From Hemiscyllium ocellatum (taxonomy: Eukaryota), in assembly GCF_020745735.1 (NCBI RefSeq), contig NC_083410.1, positions 111,872,080 to 111,936,079 of the forward strand: a stretch of 64,000 nt of DNA, written 5' to 3'. Positions 51,143 through 62,959 of this stretch are shown one piece after another. Both the position numbers and the translations under genes were made by a program. The notes below the pieces were generated by a model that was given only the letters and a program-made list of their open reading frames with translations, was not told where the DNA came from and searched no databases. How positions within the stretch are numbered: position 1 is the first letter of the stretch; the number at the start of each line of letters is the position of its first letter.

Positions 51143-52234
51143 CGACCATCAGTGCAGTTGCTAAAAAGCTTTCTTCCAAACGCTTGATATATTCCGGTGT
51201 TTTTCACATTACTGCTCCACCTTGTCAGGTTTGAGGTGGGTTCAGCGACAAGCTGTTGGAACTCTCTGGTCAAGTTGAAGGTGCAACTGCCGGACTTGGG
51301 GACACGCAGAAATCTGCTCATTTTTCACTTCTGGATCTTTTTTAAAAAAAAATCTGATTGCTGGTGGGCAAAGCTTCCCAAAGGATATGATAGCAGGCTT
51401 TTGTCTTCAACCTGCTCGGTCCTCCTTTAATTTACTGATGAAATCCAAGACTTTTTCCGTCCCTGTTGGTCTTTTAACTGTATTAACAACCAGTCTGCCC
51501 TGGCTGCTGCAGTGCCTCAAGTGAGAGCCCTGTTCTGAATCAGAAGAATGTAAGAAGATGAGGTACTTCATAGACCCTACAATTCCCTGACCTGCTCCGC
51601 TATTCCATAAGAGTGTTTGATCTTCTCCTTCAAAGTGACTTTCTTGCCCTTAATTATATTTTCCTTGGTTTCCTTTGTCTCCAAACATGTTGATCTCTGG
51701 CTTGAATATAGCAATCAACTGAATTCCTACCACTGTCAATGCTACAGTATTCCAAAGGTTCTCAATTCTCAGTGAAGAAATTTCACATCTCTCCAAAATG
51801 ATGGTCCTGGTGAGACTTTGTCAGGTTAGAGATCTCCAAACCTGGTAAAATACTCTCCCCTTCAGGTCTTCATAGCTTTCCACCATCCTGCATTGCACTC
51901 ACCAACTCCAGCTTTGTTTATGAATGAATCAAAACAGTGTGATGAGAGATGCTTGGTATATTCAGTTTCAGGTCTCTTCCTGTCGTGTCTTGTGATTACC
52001 TGGTAACCTTGAGGAAAGAGTGGGATGGCTCTGGTTGAGAGTGGAGACTCACTGACATGGTGATTCACTTCATGCACTCAAATGATGGACTGAGTAACTG
52101 AAATTTCATGTGGTAGGAAAGCTGTGACAAGGGAGTATTAATTCACATTGTCACTAAGATAACGCACATTATTTATTTTATAAAGTTGTGTTATTGAAAG
52201 TATAAGTTTACAATGTTGTGTCTGGATGAATTGA

Positions 52235-52235
<1 letters not shown>

Positions 52236-52277
<42 letters not shown>
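52236..52277. repeat. (CA)n microsatellite
   Basis: About 21 CA units. Confidence 0.95.
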
Positions 52278-52278
<1 letters not shown>

Positions 52279-52554
52279 TGGCTGGATATATTGATGTCAG
52301 TATGAGCTTCAACAGCATCTTTTTTTTCAGCAATGTTCAAGTCTGTACTACCAAGCAATTACTTACATTTTAGGCTTTCCAAAGAATACTTTTTAACGCT
52401 ACAGCAGCCAAACCATTATATTGGTGGAGAGCACAAGTTGTGTAATGGAGTCATTCAGTCAACAAAACATTCGGAGGTGACTGAATCAAAGAGAAATAGC
52501 CACGGGGCAATAGCCTTGCCCCCTCTTTTTCTGTATTTTCTGAAAGACCTTCTA

Positions 52555-54060
52555 TGAAGTCAGAGTTACATAGCACAGAAATAGACAGTTTGACCCAACT
52601 CCTCCATGTCAACCAGCCATCCCAATCTGACCTAGTCCCATTTGCTAGGATTTGGTCTGTATCCCTCTTAAACCCTTCCTATTCATATACCCATCCAGAT
52701 GCCATTTAAATGTTGTCATTGTACCAGCCTCCACCACTTCTTCTGGCAGCTCATTCCATACACACATCACCCTCTGTGTGAAGCTTGCCCTTAAGGTCCC
52801 TTTTAAATCTTTTCCCCTCTCACCTTTGACCTATGCCCTCTAGTTCTGGACTGTCCAAATCTCAGAAAAAGACTTTGTCCCTCGTGATTTTATAATCCTC
52901 TATCAGCCTCTGACTCTCCAGGGAAACAAGTCCCACCCTATTTAGCCTTGCACATCTTCTCTGCATTCTCTCAAGTTTAAGCATATCTTTCGTATCGAAG
53001 GGAGACCAGAATTGTACTCCGTATTCCAAAAGTGGCCTGGACAGCTGCAACATGACCTCCCAATTCATATACACAGTGCACTGACCAATAAAGGTAAGTG
53101 TGCCAAACTTGATCTTCAACACCCTGTCCACGACAGATTCCACTTTGAAGGAATTTTGTACCCGCCAAACCCCAGGTCTCTTTGTTCAGCAACACTCTCC
53201 AGGATCTAGCCATTAACTATAGAAGTCCTATATGGGTTGCCTTACCAAAATACAACACTTGTCTTTAGATAAAGTAAACACTATCTGCTACTCTTTGACC
53301 CTTTGGCCTATCTGATCAAAGTTCTGTTGTGCTCTTAAGTGGCACAGTGGTTAGCACTGCTGCCTCACAGCGCCAGGGACCTGGGTTCACTTCCCGCTTC
53401 GGGCGGCTGTCTCTGTGTGTGGAGTTTGCACGTTCTCCCTGTGTCGGCGTGGGTTTCCTCCGGGTGCTCCGGTTTCCTCCCATGGTCCAAAGATGTGCAG
53501 GTTAGGTGAATTGGCAATGCTAAATTGCCCATAACGTTAGGTGGATATTGTGGGGGGGGGGGGGGGGGGGGCGGGGGGGTAGGCTATCTCTTCGGAGGAT
53601 CGTTGTGGACATGTTGGGCCGAAGGGCTTGTTTCCACACTGTAGGTAATATAATCTAATCATTTTCACTGTCCGCTACACCACCTACTTTGGTCTCATCT
53701 ACAAATTTGCTAACCATGCCTCATTTTCACATCTAAATCACATATAAATCATGAAAAGCAGTAGAACCATCATCAATCCTTGTGGTACACTGCTGGTTCA
53801 AGGTCTCCACCATCACCCTCTGTTCCCTACCTTTAAACCAATTTTTTATCCAATTGGTTCGCTTCCCCCTGGATTCCATCTAATCCAGCCTTACTGACTG
53901 TTAGCAAGTGGTACCTTATTAAATGCTTTGCAGAAGTTCATATAGATGGTGTCTCCTGCTCTGCCTTCATTCATCATCTTTGTCACCTCTTCAAAAATTT
54001 CAATCTAGTTAGTGAGACTCAATTTTCCATGTACAAAGCCACGCTGATTGATTGTCCCTA
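52555..54060 (-). mobile_element. Degraded CR1 LINE with an HE1 SINE (53340-53660, +) inserted
   Basis: Minus ORF RPLLEYGVQFWSP. SINE head gtggttagcactgctgcctcacagcgccaggg at 53347. Confidence 0.75.
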
Positions 54061-56009
54061 ATTTGGAAGCAGTGAGTTTGTAAAAGAGAGAACTCTGAAT
54101 CAACACCATGTCTCCAGAAGGAGAAACAAACCTGAACCAACTGTGATGACTGTCACCGTGGAAGCAGCCATTTTACCTGTCAACGAGTTCCAGACAATCT
54201 ACACATTATCTTTCCTAGACTGAAATTTTACCTGGCCAAGTTTTAAGATCTGATACTTTGCAAATTTCTGTTGTCATTTTATTTTTGCATACATGAAGAG
54301 ACAAGGGAGGGGAATTGTGTCTTTGTGTTGTTTTGCATTACAGGTTGGTAGGATTTCTTTGTGTCTTTTAAACCTTCAGTTAATTTTTGCTACTTGGGTG
54401 AATATTGCAAATAAAACTGTCTTGTTAAGAAATCTGACTGATTTATTCATTACACCAATTTATACACAGTAAAATATTTATTTATTAAATGGTCATATCA
54501 TGCCTTTTTAATTTCAAACTGCTCAAGAATGAAGGGCGGTGTCAGCTCACTTCTTGTGCCCTGGTTGTTAATACCTTTAAGAGACAGAGTTGAAAGATTT
54601 GTAGAATCTCTACAATATGGAACCAGACCATTCAGCCAATCAAGTCCACATCAACTCTCCAAAGAATGTCTCAACTCAGACCCAACCCAGTCCTGATGGA
54701 GGGCCTGGCTCAAAACGTCGATTCTTCTGCTCCTTGGATGCTGCCTGACCTGCTGTGTTTTTCCAGCAACACACTCTCGACTCTGATCTCCAGCATCTGC
54801 AGACCTCACTTTCTCAACCTAGTCTCAACCTAGTCACACCCTACTACCCTAGTCCTGTCTCCTTGCACTTCCCATGGTTAATCTATCTAGCCACTATGGG
54901 CAATTTACCATGGCCAGTCCACATCTTTAGACCTTGAGAGGAAACTCACGCAGACGCCAAGAGAACATGCAAACTCTCCACAGACAGAGTAGAATCAAAC
55001 TTGAGTCCCTGGTATTGTGAAGCAGCAGATCTAACCACTGAGCCACTTGTTGGTACCTCACAATTCCTTGTCACCTTGAGTGTTTGAGGGAGGGACCAAT
55101 ATCTTAAGGGGGAGTGAGAAATATTTGACTTAAGGAAAGATGAGGAACAGGAGAGAAACTGAGCAGGGAGGGAACGCCAATGGCTGTGGAGACAGGAGCA
55201 GTAATTGAAGAAATTGTTTCCGTCATTATCATGAGCTCCTTACTGGGCCTGAGGAGTTTATATACAGATTATTGGTAACTCCGAAAACCGACTCAAAGTT
55301 ATCTTTGTCCTGCAGGATGATCTGAGAAAAATGGACAGCTTTACAATGGCAGGGTGCACTGATCACATTGATCAAGCCAGATTTGATCGTGGTGCCTGAA
55401 GCAATAATACATCAAATATGCTCACAACCTCTTGAATGTGGGAGGCATGGATTGGAAAATTAAAAAGACAATTATTTGCCAAGCACCTTGGAAGATTCTA
55501 AGGTTATGAAAAATACCACTGAAATGCAAATTTTTCTTTCATCCCAGTGTAATACCTGAACCTGATCTTTATCAGTTCCTGTCTCCTAGTTCAAATATTA
55601 TTGCTATGGATTTTGGAAATGTTAAGAAACTTGCAAGTGTGAGATTACCTATGTAATTTTTGTGTCCAAGTACTATTTATTTCTGTTTAATCCATCAGTT
55701 ATGTCTTTATTTCTGTGACTGACCTGGTCTGTGTACATGCCATTTTACTTTTCGGAAGCCTGGTAAGGAAGAGCTTCTTCATGAACGGGGACAGAAATCA
55801 TGCAGCACGCCGGTTATGAGCACCTCCAACAATAGTAAACTAAGTGTGGCACAGAACCAATTGTACATTTCACTATGGTTTTGCAAGAGGCATAGAGTCA
55901 TAGAGTTGGACCATTTGGTCCAACTTGTCTGTGCCCACCAGATATACCACCGTAATCTAGTCCCACTTGCCAGCACCTGGCCCATATCCCTCCAAACCCT
56001 TCCTATTCA

Positions 56010-57235
56010 TCGCAAGTTTTGAGAAGATGTGTAGCTCAGGTTGAGGTCTGGATGTAGGTTTGCTCACTGAGCTGGAGGGTCTGTTTTCAGATGTTTCATC
56101 ACCATACTAGGTAACATCTTCAGTGAGCCTCTGAATGAAGGACTGGTGGTGTAGCCCACTTTCAATTTACATGTTTGAGTTTCCTAGGATTGGTGATGTC
56201 ATTTCTTATGGTGATGTAATTTCCTGTTATTTTTCACAGGGGGTGGTAAATGGGATCCAAGTCAATGTGTTTGTTGATAGAGTTCCGGTTAGAATGCCAT
56301 GCTTCTAGGAATTCTTGTGCATGTCTCTGTTTGGCTTGTCCTAGGATGGATGTGTTGTCAAAGTCAAAGTGGTGTCCTTCCTTATCCATATGTAAGGATA
56401 CTAGTGAGAGTGGGTCATGTCTTTTTGTGGCTAGTTGATGTTCATGTATTCTGGTGGCTAGTTTTCTGCTTGTGTACCTAATGCAGTGTTTGTTACAGTC
56501 CTTGCAAGTTCAGCGTTCTTCTACAGTTCAGAGCAGAGGAAAATACAATTAAGTGTATTCAAAAAGAATGGGTACCTAATGAACACAGTCCGCCAATTTC
56601 TGAGGAAGAAACCCAAACAAGCAGACAAATCACGTCCAGAAACCCTAACCACTCTCCCCAACAGCAAAGACATCTCGGAAATGACTGCCAGACTACTCTG
56701 ACCCCTTGGCATCATGGTAGCCCACAAACCCACCAACACACTAAAACAGCAGCTAATGAACTTCAAAGATCCTACACAGACAACAAGCAAAACTAATGTC
56801 ATTTACAAAATACTGTGCAAGGACTGTAACAAACACTACATTGGACAAACAGGCAGAAAACCAGTCACCAGGATCTATGAACATCAAATAGCCACACAAT
56901 GACATGATCCTCTCTCACTAGTATCCTTATGTACAGATGAGGAAAGATACCACTTCGACTGGGACAACGCATCCATCCTAGAACAAGCCAAACAGAGACA
57001 CGCACGAGAATTCCTAGAAGCATGGCATTCCAACCAGAACTCTGTCAACAAACACCTCGATTTGGAACCCATTTACCACTCCCTAAGAAAAAGAACAGTA
57101 AATGATGTCACCACAGGAAATGACATCACCAACCGTAGGAAACTCAAACATATAAATAGAAAGCGGGCAACACCACCAGTGCTTTATTTGGCTCACTGAT
57201 GACTAGTACGGTGATGAAACGTCTGAAAACGAATC
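56010..57235 (+). mobile_element. Penelope-like element with GIY-YIG remnant and an inverted 5' copy of its 3' region, with a hammerhead motif in each arm
   Basis: VFKKNGY, VAHKPTNTLKQQL, NVIYKILCKDCNKHYIGQTGR, REFLEAWHS. About 56083-56505 is an inverted copy of about 56817-57235. Confidence 0.85.
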
Positions 57236-59899
57236 TGACAGATGTCAGAGGTAGTTTCTTTACTCAGAGAGTAGTAAGGGTTTGGATTGCTTTGTCTGCA
57301 TCAGTAGTACATTTGCCAAGTTTAAGCGCATTTAAGTCGTCACTGGACAGGCAAATGGACGTACATGGAATAGTGTAGGTGGGATGGGCTTCAAATTAGT
57401 ATGACAGGTCAGCGCAACATCGAGGGCCGAAGGGCCTGTACTGCGCTGTAATGTTCTATGTTCTATTCATATACCCATCCAGATGCCTTTTAAGTAGCCT
57501 CCACCACTTCCTCTGGCAGCACATTCCACACACGCACTACCCTCTGCGTGAAAAATTTGCCCTTTAGATCTTTTTTATATCTTTCCCCTTTCACCCTAAA
57601 TCTATGTCCTCTAGTTCTAGACTTCCCCCATCCCAGGCAAAAAACTTTGTCTATTTATCCTATCCATGCTCTTCATGATTTTATAAACCTCTTTAAGGTC
57701 ACCCCCTCAGCCTCCGACACTCCAGGGAAAATAGCCCCAGCCTATTCATCCTCTCCCCAAATCCTCCTACCCTGGCAACGTCCTTGCAAATTGGCTTTAA
57801 ATATCTGACATATAGGAGATAACTTAAAATATAGGTGATCTGTTCCACTTATTTGCAACAATAACACTGGAGATGAAGAGGGTCCTGGGATAATGATCTA
57901 ACATGGTCATTATTTGCTGCCATTGGGCATTGCACTGAGATAACTTTGATCCAAACAACTGATCCTAACAGTTGTATCTAATGAATGTCATCAATATGTG
58001 GGAAGGCAAATTTCTTTCAATTCATTCACAGGATGTGGGTGTTATTACCCAATCCTAATTGAGAAGGTGATGGTGGTGAGCTAACTTCTTGAATTGCTTC
58101 AGGCTGTGTTTTACAGAAGGACATTACAGCATTTTGATCCAGTTTTGCTGAAGGAACTGCAAATATACTTCCAAGTGAGGCTGATATGTGGCAGAGAGAG
58201 GAGCTTACAGCCACTACTCTCAACATTTTCAGGCACTCAGACCTGCAAGGTCCATGCATGGCAGCAGCTTCTGAAACTGGAAGTTGATGTGTAAGCACAG
58301 AACCCCAGAGCAGTTTGCATACATTTCCTGCAGCTGTTGGTGTTCACATGCGCTTGATATATCGATCATCCAAACAGTCATAATAATATTGCAATCACAG
58401 AAACTGAGCGCTTCAGAAAGTGGGAAAACACATTGTCATCTGATACATGTTGCAAGACATATAATTTTGAAATATTCAAGACTTGATCTTGCTCGCAGAA
58501 TGACACAACACAGGTGGTCATTCAGTGTATTGTACCGGGCCCTTTGAAATAGTCATCCAAGCAGCTTTACTCCCGACACACTCTTCACATATAACTTTGT
58601 CTTTCTTTAATTATGCTTTTCTGGAATGTGAGCATCAGGATTGAGGCAAGCTTTTGTTGCCCTTGACCTGAGTGTCTCATGAGAGCCATTTCAGAAGGCA
58701 ATTAAGAATCAACCACTTTACTGTGGGTCCAGAGTCACAGATTTCCTTCCCTCAAGGACATGAGTGAAACAGGTGGGTTTTTACAACAATCACTGATAGT
58801 TTCATGGTCACAATTACTGAGACTTGATTATTGATTCCAGACTTCAGGAAAGATCTGAATGGATTGAAGTGTATGCAGAAGTTGTTTTAGGGAAAGTTTC
58901 CAGGAATAAGAAACTTCAGTGATCAAGACAGAGTGGAGAAGTTTGGAAGGCTTCAGTTACAAAGAAGAAGACTCTGAGGAATTTTCAAAATTATGAGAAA
59001 TCTGGACAAAGTGGATAGAAACTGCCCAACTCTTAAAATAGTTGTGATAGTTGTGTGTTTATTTAATGACAGTGATGTGTAAAAGAAACAAAGCCTGTGT
59101 TAGGGTTTGGAATGCACTTGCAATAGATTGGAAGCAGCTTTAGTCAAGGCCTGCTCAAGAAGATATAAGATCATTGTCGCTAGTGAAATAATGGGCAGGG
59201 TTTCCAACGATGAGTAAGGGCTTTAGGACCCTAGAACAACCTTACAATGATGTTATGGAAAAAGTCCCCATTGAGCATAAACCGCATGTTGTGAGAAGGG
59301 TGAGTTAGATGTATGAGAGAAACAAAAACAGAAATAGCTGGAAAAGTTCAGCAGGTCTGGCAGCATCTGTGGAGAGAAGTCAGAGTTAACATTTTGAGTC
59401 CAGTGACCCTTCTACGGAATAAGTATGTGAAAGAAGCACCATAGAAGCACCTCTTTCCGTCTTACTGATTAGTGCCTGACATGTCTTATTATTGTGCATA
59501 ATAACATTTAGTATTAATGTACAAATAAACAGAACTCTAAAGAAACCTAAGCATTAAGACAGTTTTTGACCTTGCCTTCTCCTCAAACATTCTGCTTTTG
59601 AACCTAAACTCTTGATGGGAGTTTGAAATCATGCAATAAAGGAGCAGGGAAAAAGCATAATAACAAAAGGTCATAATGCTGATTTGGCGAGCTAGTGCAG
59701 AGCAGTTTATGCAGAATAGCTTTTTACCCTTCACTGTAATCGTCCTGTGATGTTAATTGATTTCCTTCTTCCCCAGCTGCTGTTGTTGAATTTAGTACCA
59801 CATCCTGAGGCCATGAGTCCAGATTACTAATCCAGGGACAATACCATCAATCCATCACATTCCCCTAGCCAAGATACACTTTTTAAAAATCATTCGTTG

Positions 59900-60810
59900 A
59901 CATCAGCATTGCCGGGTGTCCCTAGTTGCCATCGTGAAAGTGGTGGTGACCTGACTACTTGAACCGTTGCAGTCGACATGTTGACCCATAATGCCCTTCG
60001 TGAGAGAATTCCAGAATTTTAGTGACACTGAAGGAATGGTAATGTACTTCCAAGTCAGGATGGTGAGTGGCTTGGAGGGAAATTTGCAGGAGGTGATGAT
60101 CCCTATGTATCTACTACCCTTGTCCTTCCAGATAGAAGTGGTTGTCAGTTGGAAGATGCTAGGCAAAAGTGGGTCCTGCAGATGCTGGAGTTTAGATTCA
60201 AGATTAGAGTGGTGCTGGAAAGCACAGCAGGTCAGGCAGCATCCGAGGAGCAGGAAAATCGACATTTCAGGCCAAGGTGATGGGGGAGGTGTGGGTGCAG
60301 GTTTTGCAATGCCTGTGGTGGCAGGGGAAGATGCTGGGTGGGGAGGGTGGGCTGCTAGGGGGTGTGGACCTGACCAGGTAGCCGGAGAGGGAACGGTTGA
60401 AACGTGCTGTGTAAGGATGTCTGGTGAATTTCTGCAGTGCATCTTGTAGATAGTACATCCTAATGTTACTGACTGTTGATGGTGGAGGGATTGGATGATT
60501 GTGGATGTGGTGCCAATCAAGCAAGCTACTTTGTCCTGGATCGTGTCAAGTTTCTTGAGTTTTGTTGGAGCTGTACCCATTCAGGCAACTGGGCAGTATT
60601 CCATCACACTCCCGACTTGTGCCTTGTCGATGGTGGATAGGCTGTGGGCTGTCAGGAGGTGAGTTACTCTCCAAACTGTTCCTAAGGCTCTGATGTGCTC
60701 TTGTAGTCATCAAGTTTATGTGAAATTGGGTTTCTGGTCAATGGTAACCCAAAGGATGTTGATAGTGGGGATTCAGTGATGGCAACATCATTGAACGTTA
60801 AGGTGTGGTT
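59900..60810 (-). mobile_element. Old LINE 3' region with a Penelope-derived insertion (about 60165-60410)
   Basis: Minus ORF LKKLDTIQDKVACLI...SLHH...YKMH...FWNSL. Confidence 0.6.
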
Positions 60811-60857
60811 TATCCAGTTTAGAAAATTTGCCCATCTATTGGGAGATAATGGTCTTG

Positions 60858-61327
60858 TCATAGAGTCATAGAGATGTACAGCATGGAAACAGACCCTTCG
60901 GTCCAACCTGTCCATGCCGACCAGATATCCCAACCCAATCTAGTCCCATCTGCCAGCACCCGGCCTATATCCCTCCAAACCCTTCCTATTCGTATACCCA
61001 TCCAAATGCCTCTTAAATGATGCAATTGTACCAGCCTCCACCACATCCTCTGGCAGTTCATTCCATACACATACCACCCTCTGCGTGAAAAAGTTGCCCC
61101 TTAGGTCTCTTTTATATCTTTCCCCTCACCCTAAACCTATTCCCTCTAGTTCTGGACTCTCCGACCCCAGGGAAAAGACCTTGCCTATTTATCCTCTCCA
61201 TGCCCCTCATAATTTTGTAAACCTCTATAAGGTCACCCCTCAGCTTCCGACGCTCCAGGGAAAACATCCCCAGTCTGTTCAGCCTCTCCCTATAGCTCAA
61301 ATCCTCCAACCCTGGCAACATCCTTGA
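60858..61327 (-). mobile_element. Young CR1 LINE 3' fragment
   Basis: [38 protein letters not shown]. (ctatgact)n tail. Confidence 0.85.
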
Positions 61328-62079
61328 AATCTAATAATCCATAGACACAGACCAATGCTCTGCAGACGTGGGCTCAAATTCCCCTCATGTCACATATTGA
61401 AAGATGAATCATTTCAAATCTGGTAAAATACCCAGCCTTATGGTGAGCATGTAACCATTGCTGATTGGTGTAAAAACCCAAAACAAAGAAATTGCTGAAG
61501 AAACAGACCCTTCGGTCCAACCTGACCATGCCGACCAGATATTCCCAACCCAATCTAGTTCCACCTGCCAGCACCCTATGACTCTATGAGACTATAAACC
61601 AGGTCTGGCTGCATCTGTGGAGAGAACAACAGAGTTAACATCCGAGTCTGGTACGACTTCTTCAGAACTGGAAGGTGTATTTTAATCTTCTGTATTTCTA
61701 GTATCCACCGTCTTAAGCCTTTATTTGAGCTGCATCAAAACGATCAAGGGAACAAAATCTGTATGACCCTGACCCAGTCGGGGCCTCCAGGTGAATTCAG
61801 ACCCAAAGCTATGTGAGTGATTCTTAACTGCCCTGTGAAAAAGCCATTCAGTCTAAGTGGTGATTATGAAGAGGAATAAAATGTTGTGCCACCCAAATCC
61901 TAATGGATGAATTAATAAAAAAAATGAAAGTATTGTTATGCAAAACAGTTCTAGGATGTTTTCTGTGCTGTACTTCTTCAGTTCCCAATAGCCCCAGTCT
62001 CTCACACACACACACAGAGACACAATGCCATTGTGAACCCTCCCATTGCCCCCACTCTGTCTCCTTCCTGGCCAGCTCA

Positions 62080-62588
62080 GGCTGCCACGTGTTCACCGAT
62101 GACGCAACCCGGTTGTCGGGGTGTGGGAGGGAAGGGTGGAGGACCGCGGGCATGCGCGAGGGCGAGGCGCGGGGAGAGGCTGCCTGCGCACGCGCGGCGC
62201 CGCTCCGGGGGGTGAGCGCGGTGCCTTGTGGGGATTGGAGTCCGCTGTCGGGCGGGTCCGGGCGGGCCGGCGCCCGCTGACGTCATGCGCCTACAGCTCC
62301 CAGCAGGCGGCGGGATCGGCGGCCGGGCTTGTTATTTCCTGGTCGGAGCGGTCCGCCATTTTGGGCAGTGAGTGAGGAGCGATCCGGAGGGAGAAGAGGG
62401 CCGCTCCCCTCCGTCACCACAGCGAGGAGAGACAGCCAGACACAACCGCAACCGCCCGAGCGCTGGGGGAAGGGGAAGGAGAGGAGAGGCCAATCAAAAC
62501 CTTGGAGCCGACAGACAGAGAATTAGAGACAGAGATATATATAGAGAGAGGGCACGCAGTTGTAGCGGAGCGGGGGTGCCAGAGTGAG
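62080..62588 (+). promoter_or_regulatory. RAB1A CpG-island promoter and 5'UTR
   Basis: GCCACGTG 62084, TGACGCAA 62100, NRF1-like TGCGCACGCGC 62185, GC boxes, CRE TGACGTCA 62278, YY1 CCGCCATTTT 62353. Confidence 0.8.
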
Positions 62589-62611
62589 ATGTCAACCATG
62601 AATCCCGAGTA
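62589..62611 (+). CDS. RAB1A: Ras-related protein Rab-1A, coding exon 1 (MSTMNPE-Y)
   Basis: ATGTCAACCATGAATCCCGAGTA|GTAAGT matches the 23-nt first coding exon of RAB1A (human MSSMNPEY). Divergent from ACTR2, as in the human locus. Confidence 0.92.
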
Positions 62612-62959
62612 GTAAGTGTCGCTTCTCTCTCTCTGTCGGTGTCGGTGCACGGGCACCGGCTCCCCGGGGCCTAGCGGCTGCAGTGCAGCGGAGCCGCCTT
62701 CCGGAGGGAGGGAGGGAGGCCGGCCGCCAGGAAGGAAGGGCCCCCCATCCCCCATCCCCCCCCATCCCCCATCCCCCCCCCCCCCGCGGGCGGTGAGAGT
62801 CACCAGGGGGAGGGGGAGGGAGCGCCTCAACACCGGGGCTAGGCCCCAGGGAGACCCCTGTACCCCCCCCCCCCCCGTCACTCCACCGGAGGCGTAGGGC
62901 GGGGGCAGGGGGCCACTGAGCAGGCCCCGCCTCTTCCCTTCAGCTCCCCGCATAGATCC

